Assembly (NCBI GenBank): GCA_965203975.1
Contig: CBDBDT010000001.1
Span: 648,029 to 712,028 of the forward strand
Length of the DNA: 64,000 nt
Direction of reading: 5' to 3'
DNA from: Dehalococcoidia bacterium
GTDB lineage: Bacteria; Chloroflexota; Dehalococcoidia; Lucifugimonadales; UBA3495
The notes below the pieces were generated by a model that saw nothing but the letters and a program-made list of their open reading frames with translations, ran no database searches and was not told the DNA's origin. Below are positions 1 through 9,478 of the stretch, one piece after another (position 1 is the first letter of the stretch; each line of letters opens with the position of its first letter). The position numbers were made by a program, and so were the translations under genes.

Positions 1-977
1 CCGGCGGACTTGAGGCGCTGGAAGTATTCCTTGACCTGGCGCTGGCGGATGGCCATGAGGATCTTCTGGCCTTCGTCCACCTTGTCCTTGCCGCCGCCCA
101 GGAGGACGGCCAGCGCGTCGCTGGTCAACTGGTTGCGGCCGGCGGGGTTCTCACCGCCGGCGCCGGTGGACTGGCGGGCCTCGCCTTCGTCGAGGTAGGA
201 GTGGATCTCTTCCCGGCGTTCCGGGGTGAACTCGTTCATGTACCGGAGGTGCAGGACGCCGATGGCAACATGCCGGGCTTCGTCCTGGGCGCAGCGCCGG
301 TACATGGCTTTCTCGGCCTCGTTATAGGCCATCATCTCCCCGAGGCGGAAGAGGGTCAGGACGTTTCCCTCGCCGGTGATGTGGAGGCGGGAGGAGAGTT
401 CGGTGAACTCGCGGGCGTTGTCAGTGCTGCCGCCGACCACGTCGCTGACGCTGTCGGTCATCCGCATCAGGCCGCCGCCGTTGGAAAGGGCGCGCTTGCG
501 GAAAACATCCAAGTGTCGGGACTCATCCATGACCTGGGCCAGTAGGGCGAGCCGGACCTCGTGGTAGTCGGGGGACATGGTGGAGATGAAGCGGCCGGGA
601 ACGTCGGAGGCGACGAACTCCACCTGGGTAAAGAAGGTGGCCAGCTGGCACTCGGCGGCTTCGATGTCGTCGGGGAGGGGCTTGATGGTCTCCCAGGGAA
701 TGTCGGTGGCGGAGCTCCACTGGCGGGTGACAAACTCGTGGTAGAGCTTGGTCAGGTTATGGGCCCAGACCTCGCTCTTGGTGCGGAAGGTGTAGGCGCC
801 GAAGCGGGCGACGTTGTTGCGGGGGATGGACCCTTGGACCCGTCCGGTGTCGTTGGCGGAAACTTCTTCGACGCTGTCGGAAGCGACGTTTTCCTCAAGT
901 TGGCTCAACCAGGAAAGGTCAAAGCCCTGCTCCCGGGCCTGTTCCCAGTAGGAGGCCCTTTGCTCCACTGTCGCCAT
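1..977 (-). CDS. ferritin-like di-iron carboxylate protein, 3' end cut by window edge (absent from ORF track)
   Basis: Manual reverse translation from ATG 977..975 (GGAGGTG at 989..983, 5-nt spacer) gives MATVEQRASYWEQAREQGFDLSW... The frame stays open to base 1. Two E-x-x-H motifs (MDESRHLDVF, QDEARHVAIG) are typical of di-iron four-helix-bundle proteins. Confidence 0.7.
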   Translation of the reverse strand, partial: MATVEQRASYWEQAREQGFDLSWLSQLEENVASDSVEEVSANDTGRVQGSIPRNNVARFGAYTFRTKSEVWAHNLTKLYHEFVTRQWSSATDIPWETIKPLPDDIEAAECQLATFFTQVEFVASDVPGRFISTMSPDYHEVRLALLAQVMDESRHLDVFRKRALSNGGGLMRMTDSVSDVVGGSTDNAREFTELSSRLHITGEGNVLTLFRLGEMMAYNEAEKAMYRRCAQDEARHVAIGVLHLRYMNEFTPERREEIHSYLDEGEARQSTGAGGENPAGRNQLTSDALAVLLGGGKDKVDEGQKILMAIRQRQVKEYFQRLKSA

Positions 978-1467
978 GCCTACACCTCCACGTCCGGTGC
1001 ATCGCTCGTGGTGAGAAATGCGGTGCGCGCCTGTTAGCGTTGATACTAAGCAGGGAGGCCGGGTTTGTCAACGAAAGGCAGGCGATATGTTTGCCAGGTC
1101 CCGGCCCGAATCGCTGGGGAAAATTTTCTGGCGCATTTTGATGCATTTTGATGCTTTTGGGCAGGGATGGAGCGGTGGAGCCGAGGGGACCGGGGCCGAT
1201 GAAGGCTATACTAAGAAAGGTTAACCCAGTGGCGGCAGGGTTGGAAAGGGGCAAGTGTCAGTGGCAGAGCAGAAAAGTTCGTTAGCATCTCTTCCTGTAA
1301 TTCCTTGCGGGCGAGAACCCATAAACAGCAGTAGGCCGGTTGGGCGGAAAACTGGTGACGAAAGGGTCGAGACCTAGGTTGTTGGAATCGCATTCTTGCG
1401 GGAATATCTTAGTCGGCTGAATCCTGGGAGGTACTTGATTCCAGGTCCCCGCTAAACAGCCGACGGG

Positions 1468-1518
1468 TTACATCTGTCGGCTGCGAGCTTCTTGTTCTGC
1501 ACGGTCCGCTTCTGCCAT
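1468..1518 (-). CDS. candidate 16-codon micro/leader ORF (MAEADRAEQEARSRQM)
   Basis: ATG 1518..1516 is preceded by AGGAGGTG (1531..1524). The TAA stop lies inside an 8-bp hairpin CAGCCGAC/GTCGGCTG (1457..1483). Confidence 0.25.
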   Translation of the reverse strand: MAEADRAEQEARSRQM

Positions 1519-1685
1519 GTTGCACCTCCTTTCCCTCGACCCGTTCACACGCTAACCTCAATGGGTGGGGAATGCCAGTATCAGGAATTTAGAGGTCTAC
1601 TTTAGGGATCTTATGTTACGTTTTTCAGATCCTCGGTGAAGGTTCAGCATTAAGACATGGAATTGGTCCGGGCGTTAGTGAGGAT

Positions 1686-2987
1686 CTATAACTTCGCTGC
1701 TTTGGCCGGTCCGGGCGACTGGACCGGGGCCTGGCCGGGGGGCTTGGCGAAGAGGATGGCGATGGCGGTCAGGACGCCGAGGGCGGCGAAGGAGACGAGG
1801 GCGATGTTATAGCTGCCGGTCAGGTCGAATACGATGCCCGCAGCCACGGCTCCGACAGCCTGTTCCAGGCTGGTGAAGGGCTCGGTGACGCCGCGAATTA
1901 CTCCCAGGGACCGCCGGCCGTAGTAGTCGGCGTAGGCCACCGGGGGGACGGAGAGCATTCCACCCACGCCGAACCCGAAGACGGAGGAGTAGGCGATACC
2001 TTCGAAGGTGGTGTCGGCGGTGAGGTAGAGCAGGGCGGGACCGGCTACGGCCAGGGCGACGACGGCCAGGACGTGGCGGGGCGGGAATTTTTCCGCGAGC
2101 CATCCCCAGAGCAGGCTGCCGGCTCCCATGAAGGCGGCGCTGAGGCCGAGGCCGACGCCGGCCCACCAGGCGCTCAGGCCCTGGTCACGCAGCAGGGCGG
2201 CCATGTGGGTGTTAATGCCGGCCTGCACCAAGAACAGGGTGCCGACACCGGCGGCCAGAATCCAGAGGGCGGGAGTCCGCGTGGCGGCCTTCAGGGTCCA
2301 GGCCGGTTCTTCCGCCGGAGGGGCCAGCGCTCCGGCGTCGCCGTTCGGCTCGGTATCCCCGTCGGGAAGCAGACCGATATCCTCGGGCCGCTGGACGATG
2401 AGGAGCGTTACAGGGATCAGGGCCGTAACCCATACGAGGAGTCCCAGGACGATCCATGCCTCCCGCCAGCCGGGTCCGGCGATAATCGCCGAGGCGACGA
2501 TGGGGAAAGAGACCAGTCCGATGGAGTGGGAGGCGAACAGCATTCCGTTGGCGCGTCCCCGCTTCCGGACGAACCAGCGGGACACCACCACGGAGGCGGC
2601 GATGGGAATGGGACTGGCGAAGATGACCCGTCCGATGCCGTAGGCCAGGTAGAAGGCCACGGGGATGGTGGCCCAGGCCAGGGAGATGGTGGACAATCCG
2701 AGAATGAATACGCTGGAGGCCAGAACCAGGCGGGCACCGTAGCGGTCCACCAGCCATCCCACCGCCGGGGAGACCGCCGAAGCTGCCAGACCGCCGAAGC
2801 TGGCGGCCCCGGCGATGAGGGTGCGGCTCCACCCCAACTCCTCGGCCAACGGGAACATGAACACGGCGATGGTGAGGCTGGCAGCGGAGTTGCGGGCCAC
2901 CTGGGTGCTGGCCGCCGAACAAAGGATGACCCACCCGTAGAAGAAAGGGAGACGATGGGAGAGGCTCCGGGCCGGACGCATCATCAT
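1686..2987 (-). CDS. MFS transporter
   Basis: 433-aa ORF with a multi-TM hydrophobic pattern. The loop motif GWLVDRYGARLV is typical of MFS TM2-3. Confidence 0.85.
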   Translation of the reverse strand: MMMRPARSLSHRLPFFYGWVILCSAASTQVARNSAASLTIAVFMFPLAEELGWSRTLIAGAASFGGLAASAVSPAVGWLVDRYGARLVLASSVFILGLSTISLAWATIPVAFYLAYGIGRVIFASPIPIAASVVVSRWFVRKRGRANGMLFASHSIGLVSFPIVASAIIAGPGWREAWIVLGLLVWVTALIPVTLLIVQRPEDIGLLPDGDTEPNGDAGALAPPAEEPAWTLKAATRTPALWILAAGVGTLFLVQAGINTHMAALLRDQGLSAWWAGVGLGLSAAFMGAGSLLWGWLAEKFPPRHVLAVVALAVAGPALLYLTADTTFEGIAYSSVFGFGVGGMLSVPPVAYADYYGRRSLGVIRGVTEPFTSLEQAVGAVAAGIVFDLTGSYNIALVSFAALGVLTAIAILFAKPPGQAPVQSPGPAKAAKL

Positions 2988-3383
2988 GGCGGGGTTCCGG
3001 CGAAGCGCGGCGTCGTCATTCGGGCACCGGTCGGAGGGGTTTCAGCGCAGGTGAGCAAACGATTTTCTTCAGAAGGGGTCTCCTAGAAGGGTTCTCCACT
3101 TGGCGGTTAAGCATAAGCCGTGTGGGTACCGTTGCGGACAGCCGTGCCATTGTCTCAGCAACGGCACCCGCAGACAACCGACGGGTTAACCGGCCACGTT
3201 TTGGGATTCATCCGCCAAATCCTCCCGAACTGGAGGGTTGGACTGGGTAGGGATGCCTGGGCGATGGGGGTGGCGGATGCCCTGTCCCTGTTGGGCATGG
3301 CCGGGGGTTGACGCCCGGTTTTCTGCTATGCTTTGGGCCGATACTTTTCCGGGCGAGACCGGGCCCGACAAGGAGTGCGAGTT

Positions 3384-5072
3384 ATGGCTGGGTTGTGCGG
3401 TGGAGAGGTACTGGTAAAGTCCTTGGTCAACGAGGGAGTTGAAGTCGTCTTCGGGATTCCGGGAATCCAGGTTTATGGAATTGTGGCGGCCTTGCGGGAC
3501 GAACCCGGCATCCGAATGATCACCACCCGACACGAGCAGGCCACGACATACATGGCGGACGGTTACGCCCGCGCGTCGGGGAAACCGGGTGTGGCCCTCG
3601 TGGTGCCCGGGGCAGGGCTTTACAACGCTGCCGCCGGAATGGCCAACGCCTATGCCCGCTCTATTCCGGTGCTGGTGATCGCCGGGACGATACCCAGGGG
3701 GATGATCGGGAAGAACCTGGGAGCGGTCCACGAAATCCAGGACCAGGCCAGCGTGGTGGGGCCGGTGACCAAGTGGCAACGCATGGTGATGAGGCCGAGG
3801 GAAGTCCCGGCCGCCGTGGCGGAAGGCTTCCGGCAGATGCGCAGCGGGCGTCCCCGTCCGGTCCTACTCGAGGTCCCGCCGGAAGTGGGGGTTGAACGGG
3901 AGGAAGTGCAGTTGGGGGGACCCGCCCGGGTTTCCCAGATAGTGCCCAGCCCCGACCTGCTGCGGGAAGCGGCCGGGGTAATCGCCCGGTCCCGGCTGCC
4001 GCTGATCTACGCGGGAGGCGGAGTGGCACGGTCCGATGGGGAGAAAGCCCTGGTGAGGCTGGCGGAGGCGACCAACATTCCGGTGGTTACCTCCAGCGGG
4101 GGCAAAGGGGCCATGCCGGACGGACACCCCCTGTGTTACGGCTCGTGTTTCAGTCCCCGGGGCGAGCGGCAGGAAATGAACCAACTCTTCGAAGTCATGC
4201 AGTCCTCGGACGTGGTCATTGGGATTGGGACGCGGTTTTCCCTGGGCAATCCGGCCGGCGAGAGGTCCACGCTCATCAATATCAATATCGAGGAGACCGA
4301 TCTCTACCGGGTCCAGGCCAACACCATTCCCCTCCTTGGCGACGCCGGGGCGACGCTGGAAGCTCTGTTTCCCTACCTGTTGGAAGAGAACGCGGGAGAC
4401 CGGACGTCCCCTGTGGAAGCGGTAGAGGCGGCCCGGAACCTTATCTCCTACTACGACATCCGATTGCGGGAGCCCCAGTTTCCGGTCATTGAGGCGATGC
4501 GGACGGGGATTCCAGAGGATGCGTTCACCGTGTGGGATGTCACCCAGTTCGGCTACTATGCGCGCACTCACTGGCGGGTGAAGCACCCGAAGACCTATAT
4601 TGACTCCGGCTACTCCTTCAACCTGGGCTATGCCTTCCCGACGGCTCTGGGGGCCAAGGTTGCCAAGCCGGACCGTCCGGTGGTCTGCATCACCGGGGAC
4701 GGCGGGTTCATGTTCAACGCCTCAGAGTTGTCCACGGCGGTGAAGTACGGAATCAACGTGGTTACTGTCGTCTTCAGAAATGACGCCTACGGCAATGTGG
4801 CGCGAGACCTGGAGGAGGTATTTTCCGGAGCTTATGAGACGGACCTGCACAACCCGGATTTCGTCAAGTTCGCGGAATCGTTTGGCGCGGTAGCAATGAG
4901 GGCGGGTGATCCCCTGGAGTTGGAAGCCCTGATTCCCGAAGCCCTGGCGCTTGAGGCCCCGGTGGTGATTGACGTGCCTTTCGGCGAAATGCCCATTCCC
5001 CGGGCGCCCCAGTTCGCGCCGGTCTATGCCTTGCCTTGGACGATGCCCCAGGACGGATTGATACCTTCGTGA
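3384..5072 (+). CDS. thiamine-diphosphate-binding enzyme, acetolactate synthase-like
   Basis: N-terminal TPP-enzyme pattern (GVEVVFGIPG...RHEQATTYMADGYARASGKPGV) and C-terminal ITGDGGFMFN...FRNDAYGN TPP motif. Start moved to ATG 3384 behind AAGGAG. Confidence 0.85.
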   Translation: MAGLCGGEVLVKSLVNEGVEVVFGIPGIQVYGIVAALRDEPGIRMITTRHEQATTYMADGYARASGKPGVALVVPGAGLYNAAAGMANAYARSIPVLVIAGTIPRGMIGKNLGAVHEIQDQASVVGPVTKWQRMVMRPREVPAAVAEGFRQMRSGRPRPVLLEVPPEVGVEREEVQLGGPARVSQIVPSPDLLREAAGVIARSRLPLIYAGGGVARSDGEKALVRLAEATNIPVVTSSGGKGAMPDGHPLCYGSCFSPRGERQEMNQLFEVMQSSDVVIGIGTRFSLGNPAGERSTLININIEETDLYRVQANTIPLLGDAGATLEALFPYLLEENAGDRTSPVEAVEAARNLISYYDIRLREPQFPVIEAMRTGIPEDAFTVWDVTQFGYYARTHWRVKHPKTYIDSGYSFNLGYAFPTALGAKVAKPDRPVVCITGDGGFMFNASELSTAVKYGINVVTVVFRNDAYGNVARDLEEVFSGAYETDLHNPDFVKFAESFGAVAMRAGDPLELEALIPEALALEAPVVIDVPFGEMPIPRAPQFAPVYALPWTMPQDGLIPS

Positions 5073-5248
5073 GACAAGGATAAGTCAAGGGCAGTAGTCC
5101 GGTTTCGGAGCGCCGCGAGGTTTCATCCCTTGAGGCGGGTCGGTTCTGAAACCCCCGGTTTCACGTTTCCAACATGCAGAGGCGTGAGACACGGTTTCGG
5201 TTATAATCGGGAATTATCCTATGGTATGCCACGAGGGCTGGTCAGGAC

Positions 5249-6901
5249 ATGGCAGGTATTACAGGAAATGAGTTCAGGGAGGCCCTGCTTGCCGCCACCC
5301 GGTGCATGGAGCAGTACCGGGAGGTCATCAACAGCCTCAATGTCTTTCCCGTTCCCGACGGCGACACCGGAACTAACATGCTGCTGACCATGCGCTCGGG
5401 GGTGGAACACCTGGGGGACGCCGACTCCGGGGATGTTGGCGCAGTGGCAGGGAGTTGGTCCAACGGGACCTTCCGGGGGGCCCGGGGCAACAGCGGGGTG
5501 ATCCTTTCCCAATATTTCAAGGGGTTGGCCCAGGGGCTGGAAGGCGCGGCGGATTGCGATGGACAGGCCCTGGGCAGCGCGTTCTCGCGGGCGTCGGAGA
5601 CGGCTTACTCTGCCGTCGGTGATCCCAAGGAAGGGACGATGCTGACGGTCATCCGGCGGGCGGGCGAGGAAGTGCAGCGGATGTTGGGGGAAGGTGTTTC
5701 GGACCCGCTGGCGCTGTGGGAGGCCGCCCTGGAAGAGGCCAAAGTCGCCCTGTCGCTGACCCCAACCCAGCTTCCTGCGCTGCAGGAGGCCGGAGTGGTG
5801 GACTCCGGGGGATTGGGCATTGTCGCCATCCTGGCCGGTGCGCTGGACTACCTCAAGACGGAAAACACTGGCCCGGTAGAGCTGGAACTGGGAGAGATCT
5901 CGGGGATTGAGGTCGCCCTCACCGGGGTGGAAACCAGCATCAGTGGCGACTTCCTGCATTCCAGCGAAGAGGCGGAGTGGGGGTACTGCACCCAATTCCT
6001 TCTGGAGGGGGAGGGACTTTCCCTGGAACAAATCCGGGAGGACATCAACGGATTGGCGGATTCGGTGGTGGTCATCGGGGACGCCGAGATGATCAGGGTG
6101 CACGCCCACCTGATGGACCCGGGAGCGGCGCTGACCTACGGAGTGAGCATGGGGCAGTTGTCCCAGATCAGCATCGAAAACATGAGCATCCAGAACCGGG
6201 GCTGGGTAGCCGGGCACCGGGACCGGCCGGCGGTGGAGCAAGGGACGGGGGTGGTGGCAGTAGCCTCGGGAGACGGGTTCGCGGAGCTGTTCCGCGACGC
6301 GGGCTGCGCCGGCCTGGTCAGCGGCGGGCAGACCATGAATCCCAGCATCCAGCAGTTGGTGGAAGCGGCGGCCGGCGCCGGATTGAGCGACGTCATCGTC
6401 CTTCCCAACAACAAGAACATTGTGCTGACGGCAGAGCAGGCGAAGCAGGCGGCCCCGGAAGGGCAGTCCATCCACGTCGTTCCCACGACCACCGTTCCGC
6501 AGGGGGTGGCGGTGATGCTGGCGTTCAATCCGGTCCGCTCGGTGGAAGACAACCTGGCGGCGATGAAGGAAGCGGTGGAAGCGGTGGTTACGCTGGAAGT
6601 AACCCACGCGGTCCGGGACGCCACGGTGGACGGGGTGGCAGTGACGGAGGGGCAGTTCATGGCCCTTTCCGACGGGGGCCTGGCGGCGGTGGGCGGCTCT
6701 GCGGAAGATGCGCTCCTCGACGCTTTGAAAGGCGTGGACCTGGACGAGGACAGCATCGTGACGGTGTACTGGGGGGAAGATTTGACCGGCGGAGACGCGG
6801 AGGAGACGGGCCGCAGGTTGGAAGAATTGGTCCCGGGGTTGCAGGTTGACGTAATTGAAGGGGGTCAGCCGCATTATCCCTACCTGGTCTCGGTGGAGTA
6901 A
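5249..6901 (+). CDS. DAK2-domain protein, YloV/FakA-like
   Basis: PVPDGDTGTNM DAK2 motif near the N-terminus. 550-aa architecture typical of YloV, followed by a DegV gene. Confidence 0.85.
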   Translation: MAGITGNEFREALLAATRCMEQYREVINSLNVFPVPDGDTGTNMLLTMRSGVEHLGDADSGDVGAVAGSWSNGTFRGARGNSGVILSQYFKGLAQGLEGAADCDGQALGSAFSRASETAYSAVGDPKEGTMLTVIRRAGEEVQRMLGEGVSDPLALWEAALEEAKVALSLTPTQLPALQEAGVVDSGGLGIVAILAGALDYLKTENTGPVELELGEISGIEVALTGVETSISGDFLHSSEEAEWGYCTQFLLEGEGLSLEQIREDINGLADSVVVIGDAEMIRVHAHLMDPGAALTYGVSMGQLSQISIENMSIQNRGWVAGHRDRPAVEQGTGVVAVASGDGFAELFRDAGCAGLVSGGQTMNPSIQQLVEAAAGAGLSDVIVLPNNKNIVLTAEQAKQAAPEGQSIHVVPTTTVPQGVAVMLAFNPVRSVEDNLAAMKEAVEAVVTLEVTHAVRDATVDGVAVTEGQFMALSDGGLAAVGGSAEDALLDALKGVDLDEDSIVTVYWGEDLTGGDAEETGRRLEELVPGLQVDVIEGGQPHYPYLVSVE

Positions 6902-6990
6902 GGCCGGAAAGCGCCCGATGGTCCTCATCGAGAGTCCTGATCGAGCTTCCTGATGATGAATGTGCCGGGACGCCCGGCGGAGGTATAGGT

Positions 6991-7830
6991 ATGACGATAC
7001 GCGTGGTTACCGACAGCACGTCCGATCTGCCAGCGCATCTGGCTGGGGATCTGGGGATCACGGTGGTGCCCTGCAACGTAATGTTCGGAGACGACACCTA
7101 CCGGGACGGGGTGGACCTGGAGCCGGACGAGTTTTTCCAGAAGCTCGGGGCGAGCCAGCGCCTTCCCACAACCTCTCAGCCCTCGGTGGCAGACTTCGAG
7201 GGGGTTTACCGTCAGCTTCTGGACGAGGGACACGAGATTGTATCGGTGCATGTGTCGCAGAAGCTGAGCGGCACCTACAATTCGGCGATACAAGCCAAGG
7301 CGGAGATCGGGGAGTCCGCTCCCATAACCGTGGTTGATTCCCAGATGGCCTCCATCGGGTTGGGACTGCTGACGCTGCAGGCGGCCCGGGCGGCGCAGAC
7401 CGCGTTGGACCATCGGGAAACGGCAGAGAAGGTGCGGGCGGCCCTTCCGCTCACGGGCTGTATCGTTGCCCTGGATACGCTGGAATACCTGCAGAAGGGG
7501 GGACGCATCGGGAAGGCCCAGGCATTCGCCGGGTCGCTCCTGAAGGTTAAGCCGATCCTCAAGCTGGAGGATGGGGAGGTCCATCCCCTAGAGCGTCCCC
7601 GGAGCCTGGACCGGGCGACGCACCGACTGGCGGAACTGGCCCGGGAACAGGCGCCCCTACGGCAACTGGCGGTCATCCACAGCACCGAGTCGGAGCGCTC
7701 GACGGAGTTGAAACGCAGCCTCAGCGACCTCCTGTCCGAGGATCAGATCATCGAGACTCGGTTCGGGCCGGCCCTGGGGGTGTATGTCGGGCCCCGGGCG
7801 TTTGGAGTCGCGTTTACCAGGGAAGGTTAG
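6991..7830 (+). CDS. DegV family fatty-acid-binding protein (FakB-like)
   Basis: The MTIRVVTDSTSDLP start and the ~280-aa length are typical of DegV. It sits adjacent to the DAK2 gene. Confidence 0.9.
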   Translation: MTIRVVTDSTSDLPAHLAGDLGITVVPCNVMFGDDTYRDGVDLEPDEFFQKLGASQRLPTTSQPSVADFEGVYRQLLDEGHEIVSVHVSQKLSGTYNSAIQAKAEIGESAPITVVDSQMASIGLGLLTLQAARAAQTALDHRETAEKVRAALPLTGCIVALDTLEYLQKGGRIGKAQAFAGSLLKVKPILKLEDGEVHPLERPRSLDRATHRLAELAREQAPLRQLAVIHSTESERSTELKRSLSDLLSEDQIIETRFGPALGVYVGPRAFGVAFTREG

Positions 7831-7921
7831 CGAGTCCGTTCCCGGTCAGCAAAGAGGAGAGCCTCCGGCGGAGAGTTTCATCCTCCGCCGGGAGATTTTT
7901 GTCCGGTGGAGCAGGCCCAGG

Positions 7922-8314
7922 CTAACCGGCGGGTTCCGGGTTGGAAATATGGCCGCCGGAAGCCAGGCCGGCGATGACGTAGGCGATCCCCAAGAGGGGA
8001 ACCAGGGCGAAGGCAACCGCAAGGCCGGCATCCCCGCGGATGACGCCCGTGGTGATGGCGACGAACAGGGCTACGTCCCCGATGAAGCTGAGGAGCACCA
8101 AAGCCAGAGCAACCACGGCGCCGGGACCGATGCGCCCACGAGGCCGCCAAACCAGAAACAGCAAAGCCACCGCCCCCAGGGGATGAATCCCGGAGATCAG
8201 GACTCGTTCCCATATGGTGCCGCCATCGGCGAACAAGCCGACCGCCGCGGTAAACCCGGCGAAGAGGGCGTAAATGGTCGTCAGCACGACCATTATCCAG
8301 CGGAAGGCCTTCAT
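7922..8314 (-). CDS. small integral membrane protein, unknown family
   Basis: 130 aa with about four hydrophobic segments. No recognisable motif. Confidence 0.5.
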   Translation of the reverse strand: MKAFRWIMVVLTTIYALFAGFTAAVGLFADGGTIWERVLISGIHPLGAVALLFLVWRPRGRIGPGAVVALALVLLSFIGDVALFVAITTGVIRGDAGLAVAFALVPLLGIAYVIAGLASGGHISNPEPAG

Positions 8315-8606
8315 TGGGAGGCTCCTTGATTAACTCGGGATGGGCCGCGACGGTGGGGCTGTTTTACTACGGCATAAGTGTATACCATGGAAGTGAAATA
8401 GCGTTGGGCAAGGAACCCGGAACCCGGCAGAAATACCCGAGTATTGGTGGTGCGTCTCAGCATATTCGGGTCTTGACGGTTGCGTTCCAGCTAATCTCTT
8501 TTCCTCGGAGACCCAGGAGGTGCGGTTGAAGGACCAGGTTGCGGAGTCTATGTCCGGGTCCGCGCAGCGTCATCAGTGGGATGACAGGCATGGGCGGGCA
8601 GCCGCT

Positions 8607-9359
8607 ATGGCCCGGTCCAAGTTGAAGGCCGCCGTCGAACCCGGATCGGTCCGGTTCCGGGGGACGGCAATCAAGTACGATGTCCACCGGAGCCCCCGCC
8701 GGAAGAAGACGGTCGAGATTTCAATTCGGGAGGGGACGGTGCGGGTTGCCGCTCCGGTCGTCACGTCCAAGGCGGAGCTGGACCGGATGGTGCTGAAGCG
8801 GGCGGAATGGATACTCGGAAAGCTGGCCGCAACGGTCGAGGAAGCGCAGACCCGCCGGTTGGGGACGGGAGACACGGTGCCGCTGCTGGGGGAGAATGTT
8901 CCGCTCCGGCTGGAAACGTCGGCTGTCGACAAGGCGACCGCCCGGTTCGACGACAGGGTACTGCGGGTCCATCTGCCGCCGGGGCTGGGGAAGAAAGAAG
9001 CGGTGGACTCGGCGGAAGAGGCGATGTTCCAGTGGTACCGGGCGCAGGCGGCGGAGCATCTTACTGCCGCGGTGGACCGCTGGTGGCCGGCCCTGGGACG
9101 GGGCGAGAAATGCCAAATCCTGATACGGAACCAGAAGCGGCGGTGGGGCAGCTGCTCATCCGGCGGCACCATCAGGTTCAACTGGCGGTTGATGATGCTG
9201 GCGCCGGACCTGGTGGACCTGGTAGTGGTGCATGAGCTGGCCCACCTGACGGTGATGAACCATTCCAGGGAGTTCTGGAGCCTGGTCGCGGAGCACATTC
9301 CCGGCCTGAAGGAGAGGCAGAAGAGGCTGCGGGAGGCGGAGGCCATTCTACCCTGGTGA
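8607..9359 (+). CDS. YgjP/DUF45 (M48-like) metal-dependent hydrolase
   Basis: HELAHLTVMNHSREFW zincin motif. Start moved to ATG 8607 (MARSKLK...). Confidence 0.8.
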   Translation: MARSKLKAAVEPGSVRFRGTAIKYDVHRSPRRKKTVEISIREGTVRVAAPVVTSKAELDRMVLKRAEWILGKLAATVEEAQTRRLGTGDTVPLLGENVPLRLETSAVDKATARFDDRVLRVHLPPGLGKKEAVDSAEEAMFQWYRAQAAEHLTAAVDRWWPALGRGEKCQILIRNQKRRWGSCSSGGTIRFNWRLMMLAPDLVDLVVVHELAHLTVMNHSREFWSLVAEHIPGLKERQKRLREAEAILPW

Positions 9360-9478
9360 CCATTCTGCTCTGGTGATGGGGGCTAGCCAGGGGACCGTTC
9401 CGGCAAGGCGGGAAGGGGAAGGAGCGCTCCCCGTAATGGGGAACGGTCCTTCCTGGGTGACGGGGTGGAAAAGAGGGG

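Noticed and set aside
1201-1400. Possible cobalamin riboswitch, because of GCCACTG-like B12-box strings on the minus strand
   Set aside because: Only the short GCCACUG-like core is present (twice). The flanking conserved GGGAA / GGUG..AA..CC elements are not in the right order, so the call cannot be supported by eye.
3308-3332. TTGACG ... TATGCT promoter upstream of the TPP-enzyme gene
   Set aside because: The spacer is only 13 nt by my count, which is incompatible with a sigma-70-type promoter. A similar TTGACG...TAATCT pair near 8470 has the same problem.
5219-6928. 569-aa minus-strand ORF covering the whole yloV-like gene
   Set aside because: This is an antisense shadow ORF typical of high-GC DNA. 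The product is R/G/P/H-rich with low complexity and no motif. The plus strand carries the clear DAK2 motif PVPDGDTGTN and a sensible composition.
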